Shown here piece by piece: positions 26,877 through 38,590 of a DNA stretch of 64,000 nt. The first letter of the stretch is position 1, and every line of letters begins with the position of its first letter. Origin of the DNA: Nocardioides sp. (GTDB taxonomy: Bacteria > Actinomycetota > Actinomycetes > Propionibacteriales > Nocardioidaceae); NCBI RefSeq assembly GCF_036503465.1, contig NZ_DASXWU010000059.1, forward strand, positions 6,654 to 70,653, written 5' to 3'. Position numbers and translations under genes: made by a program. Under the pieces are notes generated by a model. The model had not been told where the DNA came from. It worked only from the letters and a program-made list of their open reading frames with translations, and ran no database searches.

Positions 26877-27976
26877 CGGACTCTCTCCGCTCGCGCCTTG
26901 ATCCAGTTGTTGACCATCACCGCGGCGAGCAGCATCACCCCGAGGAACGCGTACTGCCAGTCGCTGTCCCAGTTGTGGTAGACGATCCCCTGGTAGACCA
27001 TGCCGTAGATCAGTGCGCCGAGGAACGCCCCGACGGCCGACCCGTATCCGCCCGTCAGCAGGCACCCGCCGACCACCGCGCAGATGATGTAGATGAACTC
27101 CTCGCCGACCCCGGTCGTCGACTGCGCGGTCGTGGTCTTGAACAGCTTCAGCATGCCCACCATCCAGCCCGCGAACGCCGTGGTCATGAACAGCCCGACC
27201 TTGGTCCGGAAGACGGGTACGCCGACCTGCCGGGCGCTCTGCTGGGCACCGCCGACCGCGAAGATCCAATTACCGGGACGGGTGCGCTGGAGCACCCACG
27301 TGGCGACCACGATGACGCCGATCGCCCACCACGTCGCCGAGTAGATGGTCAGGATGCCGGTGTTCGGGATCTTCACCCACGGCAGGAAGCCGAGGTCGAT
27401 CTGCATCTTCGACCCGAACAGCTGGGCACCGGCGTTGTAGCCGGGGGCGGACTGGAAGTCGACGACCGAGACCTGGTGGATGATCTGCTTGACCACCGCC
27501 AGGTTGACGCCGCGCAGGACGAAGAACGTCCCGAGCGTGACGATGAAGCTCGGGAGCCCCGTCTTCATCACCAGCAGGCCGTTCAGGAACCCGATCGCGA
27601 GCGCCGCCACCAGCGAGACCACGATCGAGACCCACACGTTCACGTGGTAGTGGCTCATCATGATGCCGGTGATGAGGCCGGTGGTCCCGGTCATCGCGCC
27701 GGCCGAGAGGTCGAACTCGCCGCCGATCATCAGCAGGGCGACCGCCACCGACATGATCGCGAACGAGGACGAGAAGAAGATCCACGTGCTGGCACCGGCG
27801 GGCAGCGCGAAGGCCTTCGTGGTGAACGAGAAGTAGAGGAAGATCACCACCGCCGCGACCAAGGCCCCCACCTCGGGCCGGCGCAGGACGGAGGCGAGCC
27901 GCGCGTGCCGTCCCACGCGCTCGTCCTGCTGGGGTGCCTGGTCGACCACCGGCGGTGGCGCTGCGGTTGTGCTCAT
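26873..27976 (-). CDS. sugar ABC transporter permease (RbsC/XylH-like)
   Basis: ~10 TM protein of 367 aa: [36 protein letters not shown]. Confidence 0.9.
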   Translation of the reverse strand: MSTTAAPPPVVDQAPQQDERVGRHARLASVLRRPEVGALVAAVVIFLYFSFTTKAFALPAGASTWIFFSSSFAIMSVAVALLMIGGEFDLSAGAMTGTTGLITGIMMSHYHVNVWVSIVVSLVAALAIGFLNGLLVMKTGLPSFIVTLGTFFVLRGVNLAVVKQIIHQVSVVDFQSAPGYNAGAQLFGSKMQIDLGFLPWVKIPNTGILTIYSATWWAIGVIVVATWVLQRTRPGNWIFAVGGAQQSARQVGVPVFRTKVGLFMTTAFAGWMVGMLKLFKTTTAQSTTGVGEEFIYIICAVVGGCLLTGGYGSAVGAFLGALIYGMVYQGIVYHNWDSDWQYAFLGVMLLAAVMVNNWIKARAERVR

Positions 27977-28014
27977 CGATGCCCTCCTTCGAGGCGCCGG
28001 TCGATCCTGTGGGC

Positions 28015-28053
28015 GTGGGACCCGGGCCTGGTCACCGCCGGCCCGGGCCCCAC
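28015..28053 (-). other. intercistronic GC-rich stem-loop between the binding-protein and permease genes
   Basis: GTGGGACCCGGGCC (28015-28) pairs with GGCCCGGGCCCCAC (28040-53): 13 of 14 bp, 11-nt loop. Confidence 0.6.
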
Positions 28054-28060
28054 GCTCAAC

Positions 28061-29056
28061 TCAGCGGGTGCCGTTCTTGGCGAACTTCAGCACCGCCTCC
28101 GCGTTGTCCTTGGTGATGATGGCAGGACCGGAGTACACCGGCTGCCCACCGCCGATGTCGTTGCCGTTCAGCACCTTCAGGTAGACGCCCGTGACACCGA
28201 GGTAGCCCTGGACGTAAGGCTGCTGGTCGATGGCGAACGCGAGCTTGCCGTCGATGACGTTCTGCACGACGTCGGCGTTCACGTCGAAGGTGCCGACCTT
28301 GATGCTGGCGCCGGTGTTGTCCACCGCCTTGACGGCCTGGCCTGACATGTCACCACCGAGGGTGAGGATGCCGTCGATGCTCGGGTCGGCCTGGATCTTC
28401 GACTCGATGGTCGCCTCCGAACCGGCCAGGTCGGTGTTGTCGACCTGCAGGTTCGTCAGGGTGCCCGAGAACGTCGACTTGGCACCGGCGCAGCGCTGCT
28501 CCAGACCGATGTTGCCTGCCTCCTGGATGACGCACAGCGCGTTCTTCACGCCGAGCGAGTTCAGCTGGTCGCCGGCGGCCTTGCCCGCGAGCGTCTCGCT
28601 CTGACCGACGTGGGTGATCGCCCCGAACTGCTTCCACTGGTCGATCCCGGAGTTGATCGTCACGACCGGGACACCCGCCCGGACCGCCGCCTTGATGCTG
28701 TTCTCCAGCCCGTCCGGGTTGGCCATCGAGACCACGAGTCCGTCGGTGCCGGCGGCGACGGCGTTGTCGATCAGCGTGGCCTGCTTCCCGACGTCCGGGT
28801 CGGACTGGTAGTGCAGGTCGATGTGCTCGTCCTTGCCGGCCTGGACTGCGCCGGCCTTGACGACGTCCCAGAACGAGTCGCCGGGCGCGCCGTGGGTGAT
28901 GACGTCGATGCGGATGTCGCCGCCCGACGAACCGGTGTCCGAGCTGCCGGTGGTGCTGCTGTCGGCGCTCGGACTGCTGCTGTTGCTGGTGCTGCAGCCC
29001 GTGAGGGCCAGGGCACCGACCGCGATCCCCGCGGTGAGCAACCGTCGGATCTTCAT
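28061..29056 (-). CDS. sugar/inositol ABC transporter substrate-binding lipoprotein
   Basis: Lipobox LALTGCS. Ser-rich linker. Periplasmic-binding-protein type I fold motifs (VITHGAPGDSFW, VVSMANPDG). Confidence 0.9.
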   Translation of the reverse strand: MKIRRLLTAGIAVGALALTGCSTSNSSSPSADSSTTGSSDTGSSGGDIRIDVITHGAPGDSFWDVVKAGAVQAGKDEHIDLHYQSDPDVGKQATLIDNAVAAGTDGLVVSMANPDGLENSIKAAVRAGVPVVTINSGIDQWKQFGAITHVGQSETLAGKAAGDQLNSLGVKNALCVIQEAGNIGLEQRCAGAKSTFSGTLTNLQVDNTDLAGSEATIESKIQADPSIDGILTLGGDMSGQAVKAVDNTGASIKVGTFDVNADVVQNVIDGKLAFAIDQQPYVQGYLGVTGVYLKVLNGNDIGGGQPVYSGPAIITKDNAEAVLKFAKNGTR

Positions 29057-29092
29057 GGTGTTCTCCTTCTCAACCGCATGTCGCGGACTTTC

Positions 29093-31035
<1,943 letters not shown>

Positions 31036-31039
<4 letters not shown>

Positions 31040-31941
31040 CCGCCCACTCCCGCGCCGTCGCCACCGCCGAAGGGCAGCCGGGGGTCGACCTGCTGGTCGG
31101 GCCAGGTCTCGCGCACCCACCCGTGGGCGGGGTCGTCGCAGATCCGCCAGGCGCGCTCCTCCCCCGGGCCGGCCATCACGTTCAGGTAGTAGAGGTCGTA
31201 GCCCGGCACCGCCATCGACGGACCGTGCCAGCCGTACGGGATCAGCACGACGTCGCCGGTGCGCACCTCGGCGAGCACGTCGATCTCGCGGTCGTCGTGG
31301 CCGTAGACCCGCTGGTAGGCAATTCCGGGGCCGGCCGGCCCGTCGGCGACCTCGAAGTAGTAGATCTCCTCCAGGACGCTCTCGGTGGCACTGGCCTCGT
31401 CGTGCTTGTGCGGCGGGTACGACGACCAGTTGCCGCCCGGGGTGAGCACCTCGCAGGCGATCAGCGCGTCGGCCTCGAAGGCCTCGGGCGTGCAGAAGTT
31501 GTTGACCTGCCGGCTGGCGGCGCCGGCGCCGCGCATCTCGACCGGAACGGCGTCCGCCGGCTGGTGGCGGACCGGAAGGCGCCGCTCGCACACCGCCGAC
31601 GGCAGCGCGAAGCGACCGCCGGCGTCGCTGGTCACGGTCAGCTCCGCGTCGCGCGGCAGGTACACGAAGTCGCTGGGGCCACTGAAGACGTCGGCCCGCC
31701 CCTGGACGTCGTACGTCGTGCCGTCACAGGTCACCCGGCACGAGCCGGCCAGCGACATCACCAGCGTCTCGGCCGGTCCGGTCGACCAGGTGGCCGACTC
31801 TCCCGGCCCGAGATCGAGCACGGCGAGCCCGCTGTAGCTCCAGCCGGCCGACTGCGGGGTGACCAGCAGGGTGCAGCCGGGAGCGGCTGCCGAGCCCGCG
31901 GGCAGGTGGAGGGAGACAGTCGCGGCAGGAGGGGTCATCAC
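31036..31941 (-). CDS. iolB: 5-deoxy-glucuronate isomerase
   Basis: Cupin core YYLNVMAGPG, PPHKHD, consistent with IolB. Sits between the aldolase and iolD. Confidence 0.85.
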
Positions 31942-32810
31942 ATCATCCCCACCAGGGTGTCGACTGCGCCGGCCACGTCACCGTCGGGAGGGTAGAGCAG
32001 CGACCGGCCGACGACCATGCCCCGCACCTGCGGATGGCCGAGGACCTTGGCCCACGTGGCGAACTGCGCCTCCTGGTCGGCGGCCACCTCCCCTCCGAGG
32101 AGCAGCACCGGGAGCGTGGTGGCTGCGATCACCGGCTCCATGTCCTCGATCACCGGCAGCTTGAGCCAGGTGTGGGCGCTGGTCCAGCCGAGCCCGGCCG
32201 CCACGGTGGCGGACCGGACGACAGCCTCGGTCGACAGGTCGTTGCGCACCCGGCCGTCGACGCGGTGGGCGATGAACGGCTCGACCATGGCCATCAGACC
32301 GCGCTCGGCGAGGGCCCCGACCGCCCGGCCGCACGCCTCGAGCGTCGGCGCGGTGGCCGGGTCGTCGGGATCGATGCGCAGCAGCATCTTGCCGCCCTGC
32401 CAGCCCATCCGCTCGACCGCCGCCGGGTCGTACGCCGTGAACCGGTCGTCGATCTCGAACGCCGTGCCGACCAAGCCGCCGCGGTTCATCGAGCCGACCA
32501 CGACCTTGTCCTCGAGGACCCCCATCAGCAGCAGGTCCTCCAGCACGTCCGGGGTCCCCAGGACGCCGTCCACCCCCGGGCGGGACAGGGCGATCTCGAG
32601 TCGCTCGAGGAGCCGCCTCCGGTCGGCGATCGCCATCGGGTCCTCGCCGGCACGCAGGGCACCCCGGGCGGAGTGGTCGGCCGCCACCAGCATCAGCCGG
32701 CCGGTGACCCCCGTCAGTCCCACCGGCCGGCGACGAGCCGCGGCGGCCTCGGCCACCTGCCCGGGCTGCTCCACGCGCGTCCTCACCAGGGCGGCGATGT
32801 CGACGCTCAT
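31938..32810 (-). CDS. (beta/alpha)8 class I aldolase-like protein, probable 5-dehydro-2-deoxyphosphogluconate aldolase analogue (Cgl0159-type)
   Basis: 290 aa after trimming to ATG 32810. LMLVAADHSARG..GKMLLRIDPDD..LLLGGEV. Position between iolC and iolB. The function is inferred from context. Confidence 0.6.
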   Translation of the reverse strand: MSVDIAALVRTRVEQPGQVAEAAAARRRPVGLTGVTGRLMLVAADHSARGALRAGEDPMAIADRRRLLERLEIALSRPGVDGVLGTPDVLEDLLLMGVLEDKVVVGSMNRGGLVGTAFEIDDRFTAYDPAAVERMGWQGGKMLLRIDPDDPATAPTLEACGRAVGALAERGLMAMVEPFIAHRVDGRVRNDLSTEAVVRSATVAAGLGWTSAHTWLKLPVIEDMEPVIAATTLPVLLLGGEVAADQEAQFATWAKVLGHPQVRGMVVGRSLLYPPDGDVAGAVDTLVGMM

Positions 32811-33757
32811 CCCGCCACGCCCTGCATCAGCTCCTCGAGCTCGTCGGTCGTCGGCATCGCGTCCGCGCACGCGAAGCGCCCGGCGACGTACGCCCCTGCC
32901 GCGTTGGCGAAACGCAGGATCCGCTCCAGGTCCCAGCCGGCGAGCAGGCCGTGGCACATCGCTCCCCCGAAGGCGTCGCCGGCGCCCAAGCCGTTGACGA
33001 CGTCGACCGGCACCGGCGGCACCACGGCCGACTCGGTGCCCCGCACCCCGAGCACGCCCCGCGGCCCCTGCTTCACCACGGCCAGGTCGACGCCGAGCTC
33101 CCGCAGGGCCGCGGCCGCGCGGTCCGGGTCGCGCTCACCGACCGCGACCTCGCACTCCTCGCGGTTGCCGACGGCGACGTCCGCGTGGGCCAGCGCCGCC
33201 CGGACGTGGGGCGTCGCATCGGCGGCGGAGTCCCAGAACATCGGGCGGTAGTCCAGGTCCACCACCGTCAGGCCGTGCCCGCCCCGTGCGTCGAGCGCCG
33301 CCAGCGTGGCCTGCCGCGAGGGCTCCTGGCAGAGCCCGGTCACGGTGACCCAGAAGATGTCGGCGCCGGCGATCGCGTCGAGGTCGAGCTCCTCGGGGTG
33401 GATCTGCAGATCGGGCGCGGTCGGGAAGCGGTAGAAGTACAGGGGGAACTCGTCCGGCGGGAAGATCTCGCAGAACGTCACGGGTGTGCAGAGACCCGGC
33501 ACCGAGGAGACGAACCGGTCGTCCACCCCGAACCCGCGCAGGGCTCGATGGATGTAGGTGCCGAACGGATCTTCGCCGGTGCGCGAGATCACGGCCGTAC
33601 GCCGGCCGTGCCGGGCCGCGGCCACCGCGACGTTCGTGGGGCTGCCCCCGAGAGTCCGGCTGAACGACTCGACGTCCTCGAGGTGGGTGTCGACCTGCGT
33701 GGGATACAGATCGACTCCGATCCGGCCCATGGTCAGCACCTCGAGGCGGTCGGTCAC
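32807..33757 (-). CDS. iolC: 5-dehydro-2-deoxygluconokinase (PfkB family)
   Basis: GRIGVDLYP..GGSPTNVAVAAARHG..NGLGAGDAFGGA. Start at GTG 33757 (GTGA overlap) or ATG 33730. Confidence 0.9.
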   Translation of the reverse strand: MTDRLEVLTMGRIGVDLYPTQVDTHLEDVESFSRTLGGSPTNVAVAAARHGRRTAVISRTGEDPFGTYIHRALRGFGVDDRFVSSVPGLCTPVTFCEIFPPDEFPLYFYRFPTAPDLQIHPEELDLDAIAGADIFWVTVTGLCQEPSRQATLAALDARGGHGLTVVDLDYRPMFWDSAADATPHVRAALAHADVAVGNREECEVAVGERDPDRAAAALRELGVDLAVVKQGPRGVLGVRGTESAVVPPVPVDVVNGLGAGDAFGGAMCHGLLAGWDLERILRFANAAGAYVAGRFACADAMPTTDELEELMQGVAG

Positions 33758-34689
33758 GACACGACCCGGGCCAGGAAGTCGAGACTGGCCCGCACGTCGG
33801 CGTTCGGCGCCTCGGTGTCGCCGGGTCCGTCGAGCACCACGTCCTGCTCGAGCACGTACCAGCCGTCGTACCCGGCGTCCTCGAGGGTGCGGACCATCGT
33901 CTCGATGTCCACGTCGCCTTGTCCGAGCGGCCGGAACATGCCGTCGCGCACGGCCGTCCCGAACGTCGTCTCTCCCGCCCGTACCCGCGCCGCCCGGCTC
34001 GCGTCGACGTCCTTGAGGTGCACGTGGACGACGCGATCGGGATGGGCGGCGCTCAGGGCGACCGGGTCGGCGCCGCCGACGAGCAGGTGCCCGGTGTCGA
34101 CGCAGAGCCCGATCCGTGAGCCCGCGAGGACCCGCTCGGTCTCGTCGCCGGTCTCGACCATCGTCCCGACGTGGGGATGCAGCGCCGCGACGACGTCGCG
34201 CGAGGAGGCGCGGTCCGCGATCCGGTCGAGGTTCCCCAGCAGGGCCGCCCAGCCCTCCTCGCCGAGGCGCGGGCGCCCGTCGTACCCGTCGCCGCCCGTG
34301 TACGCCGCGATCACGACCACACCGGCTCCCGTGGCCGGACACGCGTCGAGAAACCGGTCCACCTCGGGCAGGGGGTCGTGCCCGGCATCGTGCAGCAGCA
34401 CGGGCAGGAAACCGCCCACGGCGCGCAGCCCGAACGACGCCAGCTGGGCGGCCCGGACCCTCGGATCGGTCGCCAGGAATCCGTCGGGACCGAACTCCGT
34501 CGCGGCCAACCCGAGCGCGCGCATCTGGGCGAGCACGGTGTCCGCGTCGAGCTGGTAGCCCCAGCCGGGGACCTCGCAGACCCCCCACGAGATCGGCGCC
34601 CCGGCCAGCCGCTCGCGCACCGGGCGACGGGTCGAGCCGTCGGGGGGCGCGCTGGCGGTCTCCTGCGTCACGGGTGCGATTGTCGTCAC
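33754..34689 (-). CDS. iolE: inosose dehydratase-like TIM-barrel enzyme (xylose isomerase-like fold)
   Basis: GAPISWGVCEVPGWG N-terminal motif, HPHVGTMVE, CVDTGHLLVGG, WYVLEQD. First gene of the iol operon. Confidence 0.7.
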   Translation of the reverse strand: MTTIAPVTQETASAPPDGSTRRPVRERLAGAPISWGVCEVPGWGYQLDADTVLAQMRALGLAATEFGPDGFLATDPRVRAAQLASFGLRAVGGFLPVLLHDAGHDPLPEVDRFLDACPATGAGVVVIAAYTGGDGYDGRPRLGEEGWAALLGNLDRIADRASSRDVVAALHPHVGTMVETGDETERVLAGSRIGLCVDTGHLLVGGADPVALSAAHPDRVVHVHLKDVDASRAARVRAGETTFGTAVRDGMFRPLGQGDVDIETMVRTLEDAGYDGWYVLEQDVVLDGPGDTEAPNADVRASLDFLARVVS

Positions 34690-34712
34690 AGGCCCGAGGG
34701 GGTGTCAACGGA

Positions 34713-34724
34713 ATGTCCTGACAT
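34713..34724. promoter_or_regulatory. candidate GntR/IolR operator ATGTC-CT-GACAT in the divergent iolE / regulator intergenic region
   Basis: Perfect 5-2-5 palindrome with a GT..AC core typical of GntR operators. Followed by phased TGAC repeats (CTGACATA TTGACGTA CTGACGTG). Confidence 0.4.
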
Positions 34725-34792
34725 ATTGACGTACTGACGTGCTGGCTCCATGCTGCTGACCAGACGCTCCCCGCCACGACAGGAGTCCGGCC

Positions 34793-35530
34793 GTGCCGCT
34801 GCCCGAGGTGGTGGTCAACCGCTCGAGCCCGATCCCCCTCTACTTCCAGGTGGCCGAGCAGATCGAGGGAGCGATCCAGAACGGCGCCCTCGCCCCCGGC
34901 GACCGGATCGCCAACGAGGTGGCCCTCGCCGACCAGCTGGGGCTCTCCCGGCCCACCGTGCGCCAGGCGATCCAGACCCTGGTGGACAAGGGGCTGCTGG
35001 TCCGCAAGCGCGGCGTCGGCACACAGGTCGTGAACGCGCCGATCCGGCGTACGGTCGAGCTCACCAGCCTCTACGACGACCTGAGCCGCAGTGGCCTGGC
35101 TCCCACCACGAGCGTCCTCCGCCTGGAGCTGTCGGATCCGGACGAGGTGTCGCGGCAGCGCCTCAACGTCGGCGCCGGCGAGCGGGTGTGGCGCGTCGAC
35201 CGGCTCCGCTCCGCCAAGGGCGAGCCGCTGGCCCTGATGTCCAACGTGGTGCCCGCGTCCGTGACCGACCTCTCCCTGGCCGACCTCGAGACGACCGGCC
35301 TCTACGAGCACTTCCGCACCCAGGCGATCCACCTGCGGGTGGCGCACCAGGTGATCTGCGCGCGCACCGTCGACAGCCGCGAGGCGAAGCTCCTCGGGGG
35401 ACGCAAGGGCGACCCGGTGCTGACCATGGAGCGCACGTCGTACGACGACCAGGGACGCGCGGTGGAGTACGGCGTGCACCTGTACCGGCCCGACCGGTAC
35501 GCCTACGAGACCACCCTCGTCGACCGCTGA
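34793..35530 (+). CDS. GntR-family (HutC subfamily, UTRA domain) transcriptional repressor, IolR-like
   Basis: Winged HTH PGDRIANEVALADQLGLSRPTVRQAIQTLVDKGLLVRKRGVGTQV plus a C-terminal UTRA-like domain. Divergent from the iol operon. Confidence 0.9.
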   Translation: MPLPEVVVNRSSPIPLYFQVAEQIEGAIQNGALAPGDRIANEVALADQLGLSRPTVRQAIQTLVDKGLLVRKRGVGTQVVNAPIRRTVELTSLYDDLSRSGLAPTTSVLRLELSDPDEVSRQRLNVGAGERVWRVDRLRSAKGEPLALMSNVVPASVTDLSLADLETTGLYEHFRTQAIHLRVAHQVICARTVDSREAKLLGGRKGDPVLTMERTSYDDQGRAVEYGVHLYRPDRYAYETTLVDR

Positions 35531-35547
35531 CCCGCCGTGGAGCCCTT

Positions 35548-36348
35548 TCAGTCGTAGGCACCCGGGACGGCCTGGTCCCAGTCGATGACCGAGCCGGTCA
35601 CGACGCCGCTGCGGTCCGACAGCAGGAACACGACCAGGTTGGCGATCTCGTCGGGAGCTCCGAGCCGGCCCATCGGCAGGCCGGCACCCGCCCGCTCCTG
35701 CCACCCGTCCTCGGCGCCGTGGAACCGGCGCTGGGTCTCGTCCTCGCCCTCGGTGTCGGTCCACCCGATGTTGACGCCGTTGATCCGGATCCGGTCGAAG
35801 CGATGCGCGTGGGCGGCGTTCCTGGTCAGCCCGATCAAGGCCGCCTTGGCGGTGACGTACGGCGCGAGGTACGGCTGCCCGCCGTGCGCCGACATCGAGA
35901 TCACGTTGACGATCGACCCACCGGCCCCCCTGCGGAGCATGTCACGGACCACCGCCTGCATCAGGAAGAACGGGCCCTTGGCGTTGACCGCGAGGTGCTG
36001 GTCGAGCAGCTCCGGCGTGGTGTCGAGGAGGGTGCCGCGCGTGGTCAGGCCGGCGCAGGAGGCGAGCCCGTCGACCCGGCCGCAGAGCTCGACGGTGCGG
36101 TCCACCGCCGCCCGCACCTGGTCGACGTCCCCGACGTCGCAGCGGACGAAGTACGCCGTGTCACCGGTCTCCCGCAGGCGGGCCGCGGCAGCCTCGCCCA
36201 CATCTGTCCGGCGGCCGGTGACGACCACCGTCGCGCCGTTGCGGACCGCCGCCTCGGCGACGGCGGCGCCGAGGCCGCCGGTGCCGCCGCTGACGAGCAC
36301 GACGCGGTCCTGAAGGAGGTCGTCGGAGAGCCCTCGAGGCCCGGTCAT
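35548..36348 (-). CDS. SDR-family oxidoreductase
   Basis: VSGGTGGLGAA cofactor motif and YVTAKAA (YxxxK). The start overlaps the upstream stop (ATGA). Confidence 0.85.
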   Translation of the reverse strand: MTGPRGLSDDLLQDRVVLVSGGTGGLGAAVAEAAVRNGATVVVTGRRTDVGEAAAARLRETGDTAYFVRCDVGDVDQVRAAVDRTVELCGRVDGLASCAGLTTRGTLLDTTPELLDQHLAVNAKGPFFLMQAVVRDMLRRGAGGSIVNVISMSAHGGQPYLAPYVTAKAALIGLTRNAAHAHRFDRIRINGVNIGWTDTEGEDETQRRFHGAEDGWQERAGAGLPMGRLGAPDEIANLVVFLLSDRSGVVTGSVIDWDQAVPGAYD

Positions 36349-37355
36349 CGGGCGAGGTCCACGTCGACGCGACGGCCCTCCCGGGCCGAGAGCAGCGCGG
36401 CATCCGCGAGGACCAGGGCGGCGCGACCGTCCTCGAAGCCCGGGACGACCACGTCCGCGCCGCGCACCGCGGAGACGAAGGCTGCGAGCTCGCGCTCGTA
36501 CGCCGCGGCGTACCGCTCGAGGAAGAAGTTCTGGAACGGCTCGCCCACCTCCGACGCGGTCGCTCCGGAGAAACGGACGACGGTGTCGGTGACGTTGCCG
36601 ACCGAGAGCAGCCCGTCGGACCCGAACGCCTCGAGCCGCTGGTCGTAGCCGTAGGCGCTGTGGCGGGAGTTCGTGATCACCACGGACTCACCGCCGGCCC
36701 CGACCAGCGTCAGCACCGCGGCGTCGTAGTCACCGGTCCCGGCGATCTCGTCGTCGAACTGGCGGAGCCCGGTCGCCGTCACCGAGACGATGTCCGGCAC
36801 GAACCACCGGGCCATGTCGAGGTCGTGGATGGTCATGTCGCGGAAGATGCCGCCCGAGACCGCGACGTACGCGACGGGCGGTGGCGCCGGGTCGCGGCTC
36901 GTGACGGCCAGGTGCTCGAGGTGGCCGATCTCGCCGGCCGCGACCCGGGCCCGGAGAGCGGCGAAGTGCGGGTCGAACCGGCGGTTGAAGCCGACCATCA
37001 CCGGTGCCGTCGCCGCGGCCGCCCGCTCGCGGAGCGCGTCCACGCGCGCGATGTCGAGGTCGATCGGCTTCTCGCACAGCGCCGGGACGCCCGCCTCGAC
37101 GGCCTGGCCGAGCAGGTCGACGTGCGTGGCGGTCGGCGAGGCGATCACCACCGCGTCGACGTCTGCGGACCCGATCACGAGCCCCGGGTCGGTCGCCACC
37201 GCCCCGCCGTACGCCGCGGCGACGGCCTCCGCCCTCGCGGTGTCGACGTCGCAGACGACGGCGAGCTCGACGCCGTCGGTGCGGGCCAGGGTCGCGGCAT
37301 GGACGCGACCGATCCGGCCGGTCCCGATCAGGGCGACCCTGAGCGCGTCGGCCAT
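36345..37355 (-). CDS. Gfo/Idh/MocA inositol dehydrogenase (IdhA/IolW-like)
   Basis: VALIGTGRIGRVHA..CEKPIDLD..GFNRRFDPHF. Trimmed from the 721-aa ORF to ATG 37355. Confidence 0.8.
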   Translation of the reverse strand: MADALRVALIGTGRIGRVHAATLARTDGVELAVVCDVDTARAEAVAAAYGGAVATDPGLVIGSADVDAVVIASPTATHVDLLGQAVEAGVPALCEKPIDLDIARVDALRERAAAATAPVMVGFNRRFDPHFAALRARVAAGEIGHLEHLAVTSRDPAPPPVAYVAVSGGIFRDMTIHDLDMARWFVPDIVSVTATGLRQFDDEIAGTGDYDAAVLTLVGAGGESVVITNSRHSAYGYDQRLEAFGSDGLLSVGNVTDTVVRFSGATASEVGEPFQNFFLERYAAAYERELAAFVSAVRGADVVVPGFEDGRAALVLADAALLSAREGRRVDVDLAR

Positions 37356-38575
37356 CAGTGCCCCACCTGCGACCGTCGCCGGGCCTGCTGCGTCTCGAGC
37401 TCGTCGACGAGCCGGGCGGTGTCCCAGTCCTCGGCGAGCGCCCGCAGGAGGAGCTCGGCCTCGGTCTGCGGCACCAGCGACCCGACCGGCTGGTCGAGGT
37501 CGAGGTTGGTCGGGAACGGGTAACCCTCGGCGGCGGACGCCACCACGTTGCCGATGGCGCGGTCCCCTACCCCCTCGGCGCGCCAGCGGCGGAGCACGGG
37601 GTGGACGGCGCGGCAGATGGCCGTGGTGTCGACGGTCTCCATCGCCCGGCCGAAGGGCGACGAGACCTGGAGCAGGTTGGCCATCCGGCGCACGTCCGTC
37701 GTGCGGTTGGTGCCGGCTCCGTGGAAAACGGCGGGGTTGAAGAACACCGCGTCGCCTCTGGTGAGCGGCAGCTGGACGTGGTGCTCCGCGACGTACGCCG
37801 AGAAGGCCGGGTCGTGGTAGGCGAGATATCCCACGCCGTACTTCTGGGAGTGCGGGACGTACAGGGTCGGCCCGGTCTCGACCGGCATGTCGACGTGGGC
37901 GACCGCGCCCTGGAGCGTGAGCGCCGGGGACAGTGCGTGCACCTGGGCCGGGAAGGACGCCGCGCGGTCGAGATCCATGAAGCCGAGGTGGTAGTCGCGG
38001 TGGGCGACCTGGGCCTCGCCACCGGGGTTGACGACGTTGACCTGGGAGGTGACCTGGTAGCCGGGGCCGAGCCAGGCCTCGCTGACCAGCGCCAGCACGT
38101 CGCAGGCGTAGTACGCCGCGAACGTCTCCGGGTCGGCGACGGCGAGCTTGTCGAGCGCGCCCCAGACCCGGTCGTTGGCACCCGGCGTGGCGAAGTGGTC
38201 GCCGGCCGCGGCCCCCGAACGCCTCTGCTCCTCGATCAGCCGGGTGAAGGCCGCGGTGGCCCGATCGACCACCGGCCCCTCGATCGCCGAGCGGAAGACG
38301 ACGATGCCGGGGCCGCTCTGGAGGGCTCGACCGAGCTCGGCCTGGACTTCGCGCCGTGTGGACCGCTCGCGGACCCGGTCGCTGAGTGCTGCGCCGTACA
38401 CGACGACGTTCTGGACCACCTCGTCGGCGTGCGGATAGTCGGCGAGATCGGTCTGCTGCTCGACGACCGCGCGGAAGTCGTCCAGGTCGCAGTCCGCCGG
38501 GGAGTACCACCCGGTGGGCACAGTGGGCAGCGTGGGCACCGGAGGCCCGGCCGGTCGGTTCGTGGTCGTGCTCAT
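37355..38575 (-). CDS. phytanoyl-CoA dioxygenase (PhyH)-family Fe(II)/2-oxoglutarate oxygenase, 406 aa
   Basis: HRD (HxD) in VAHRDYHLGF, distal His in AVFHGAGTN, Arg in DVRRMANLLQ. The substrate cannot be inferred. Confidence 0.7.
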   Translation of the reverse strand: MSTTTNRPAGPPVPTLPTVPTGWYSPADCDLDDFRAVVEQQTDLADYPHADEVVQNVVVYGAALSDRVRERSTRREVQAELGRALQSGPGIVVFRSAIEGPVVDRATAAFTRLIEEQRRSGAAAGDHFATPGANDRVWGALDKLAVADPETFAAYYACDVLALVSEAWLGPGYQVTSQVNVVNPGGEAQVAHRDYHLGFMDLDRAASFPAQVHALSPALTLQGAVAHVDMPVETGPTLYVPHSQKYGVGYLAYHDPAFSAYVAEHHVQLPLTRGDAVFFNPAVFHGAGTNRTTDVRRMANLLQVSSPFGRAMETVDTTAICRAVHPVLRRWRAEGVGDRAIGNVVASAAEGYPFPTNLDLDQPVGSLVPQTEAELLLRALAEDWDTARLVDELETQQARRRSQVGH

Positions 38576-38590
38576 CGCGTCTCCTCGGTG

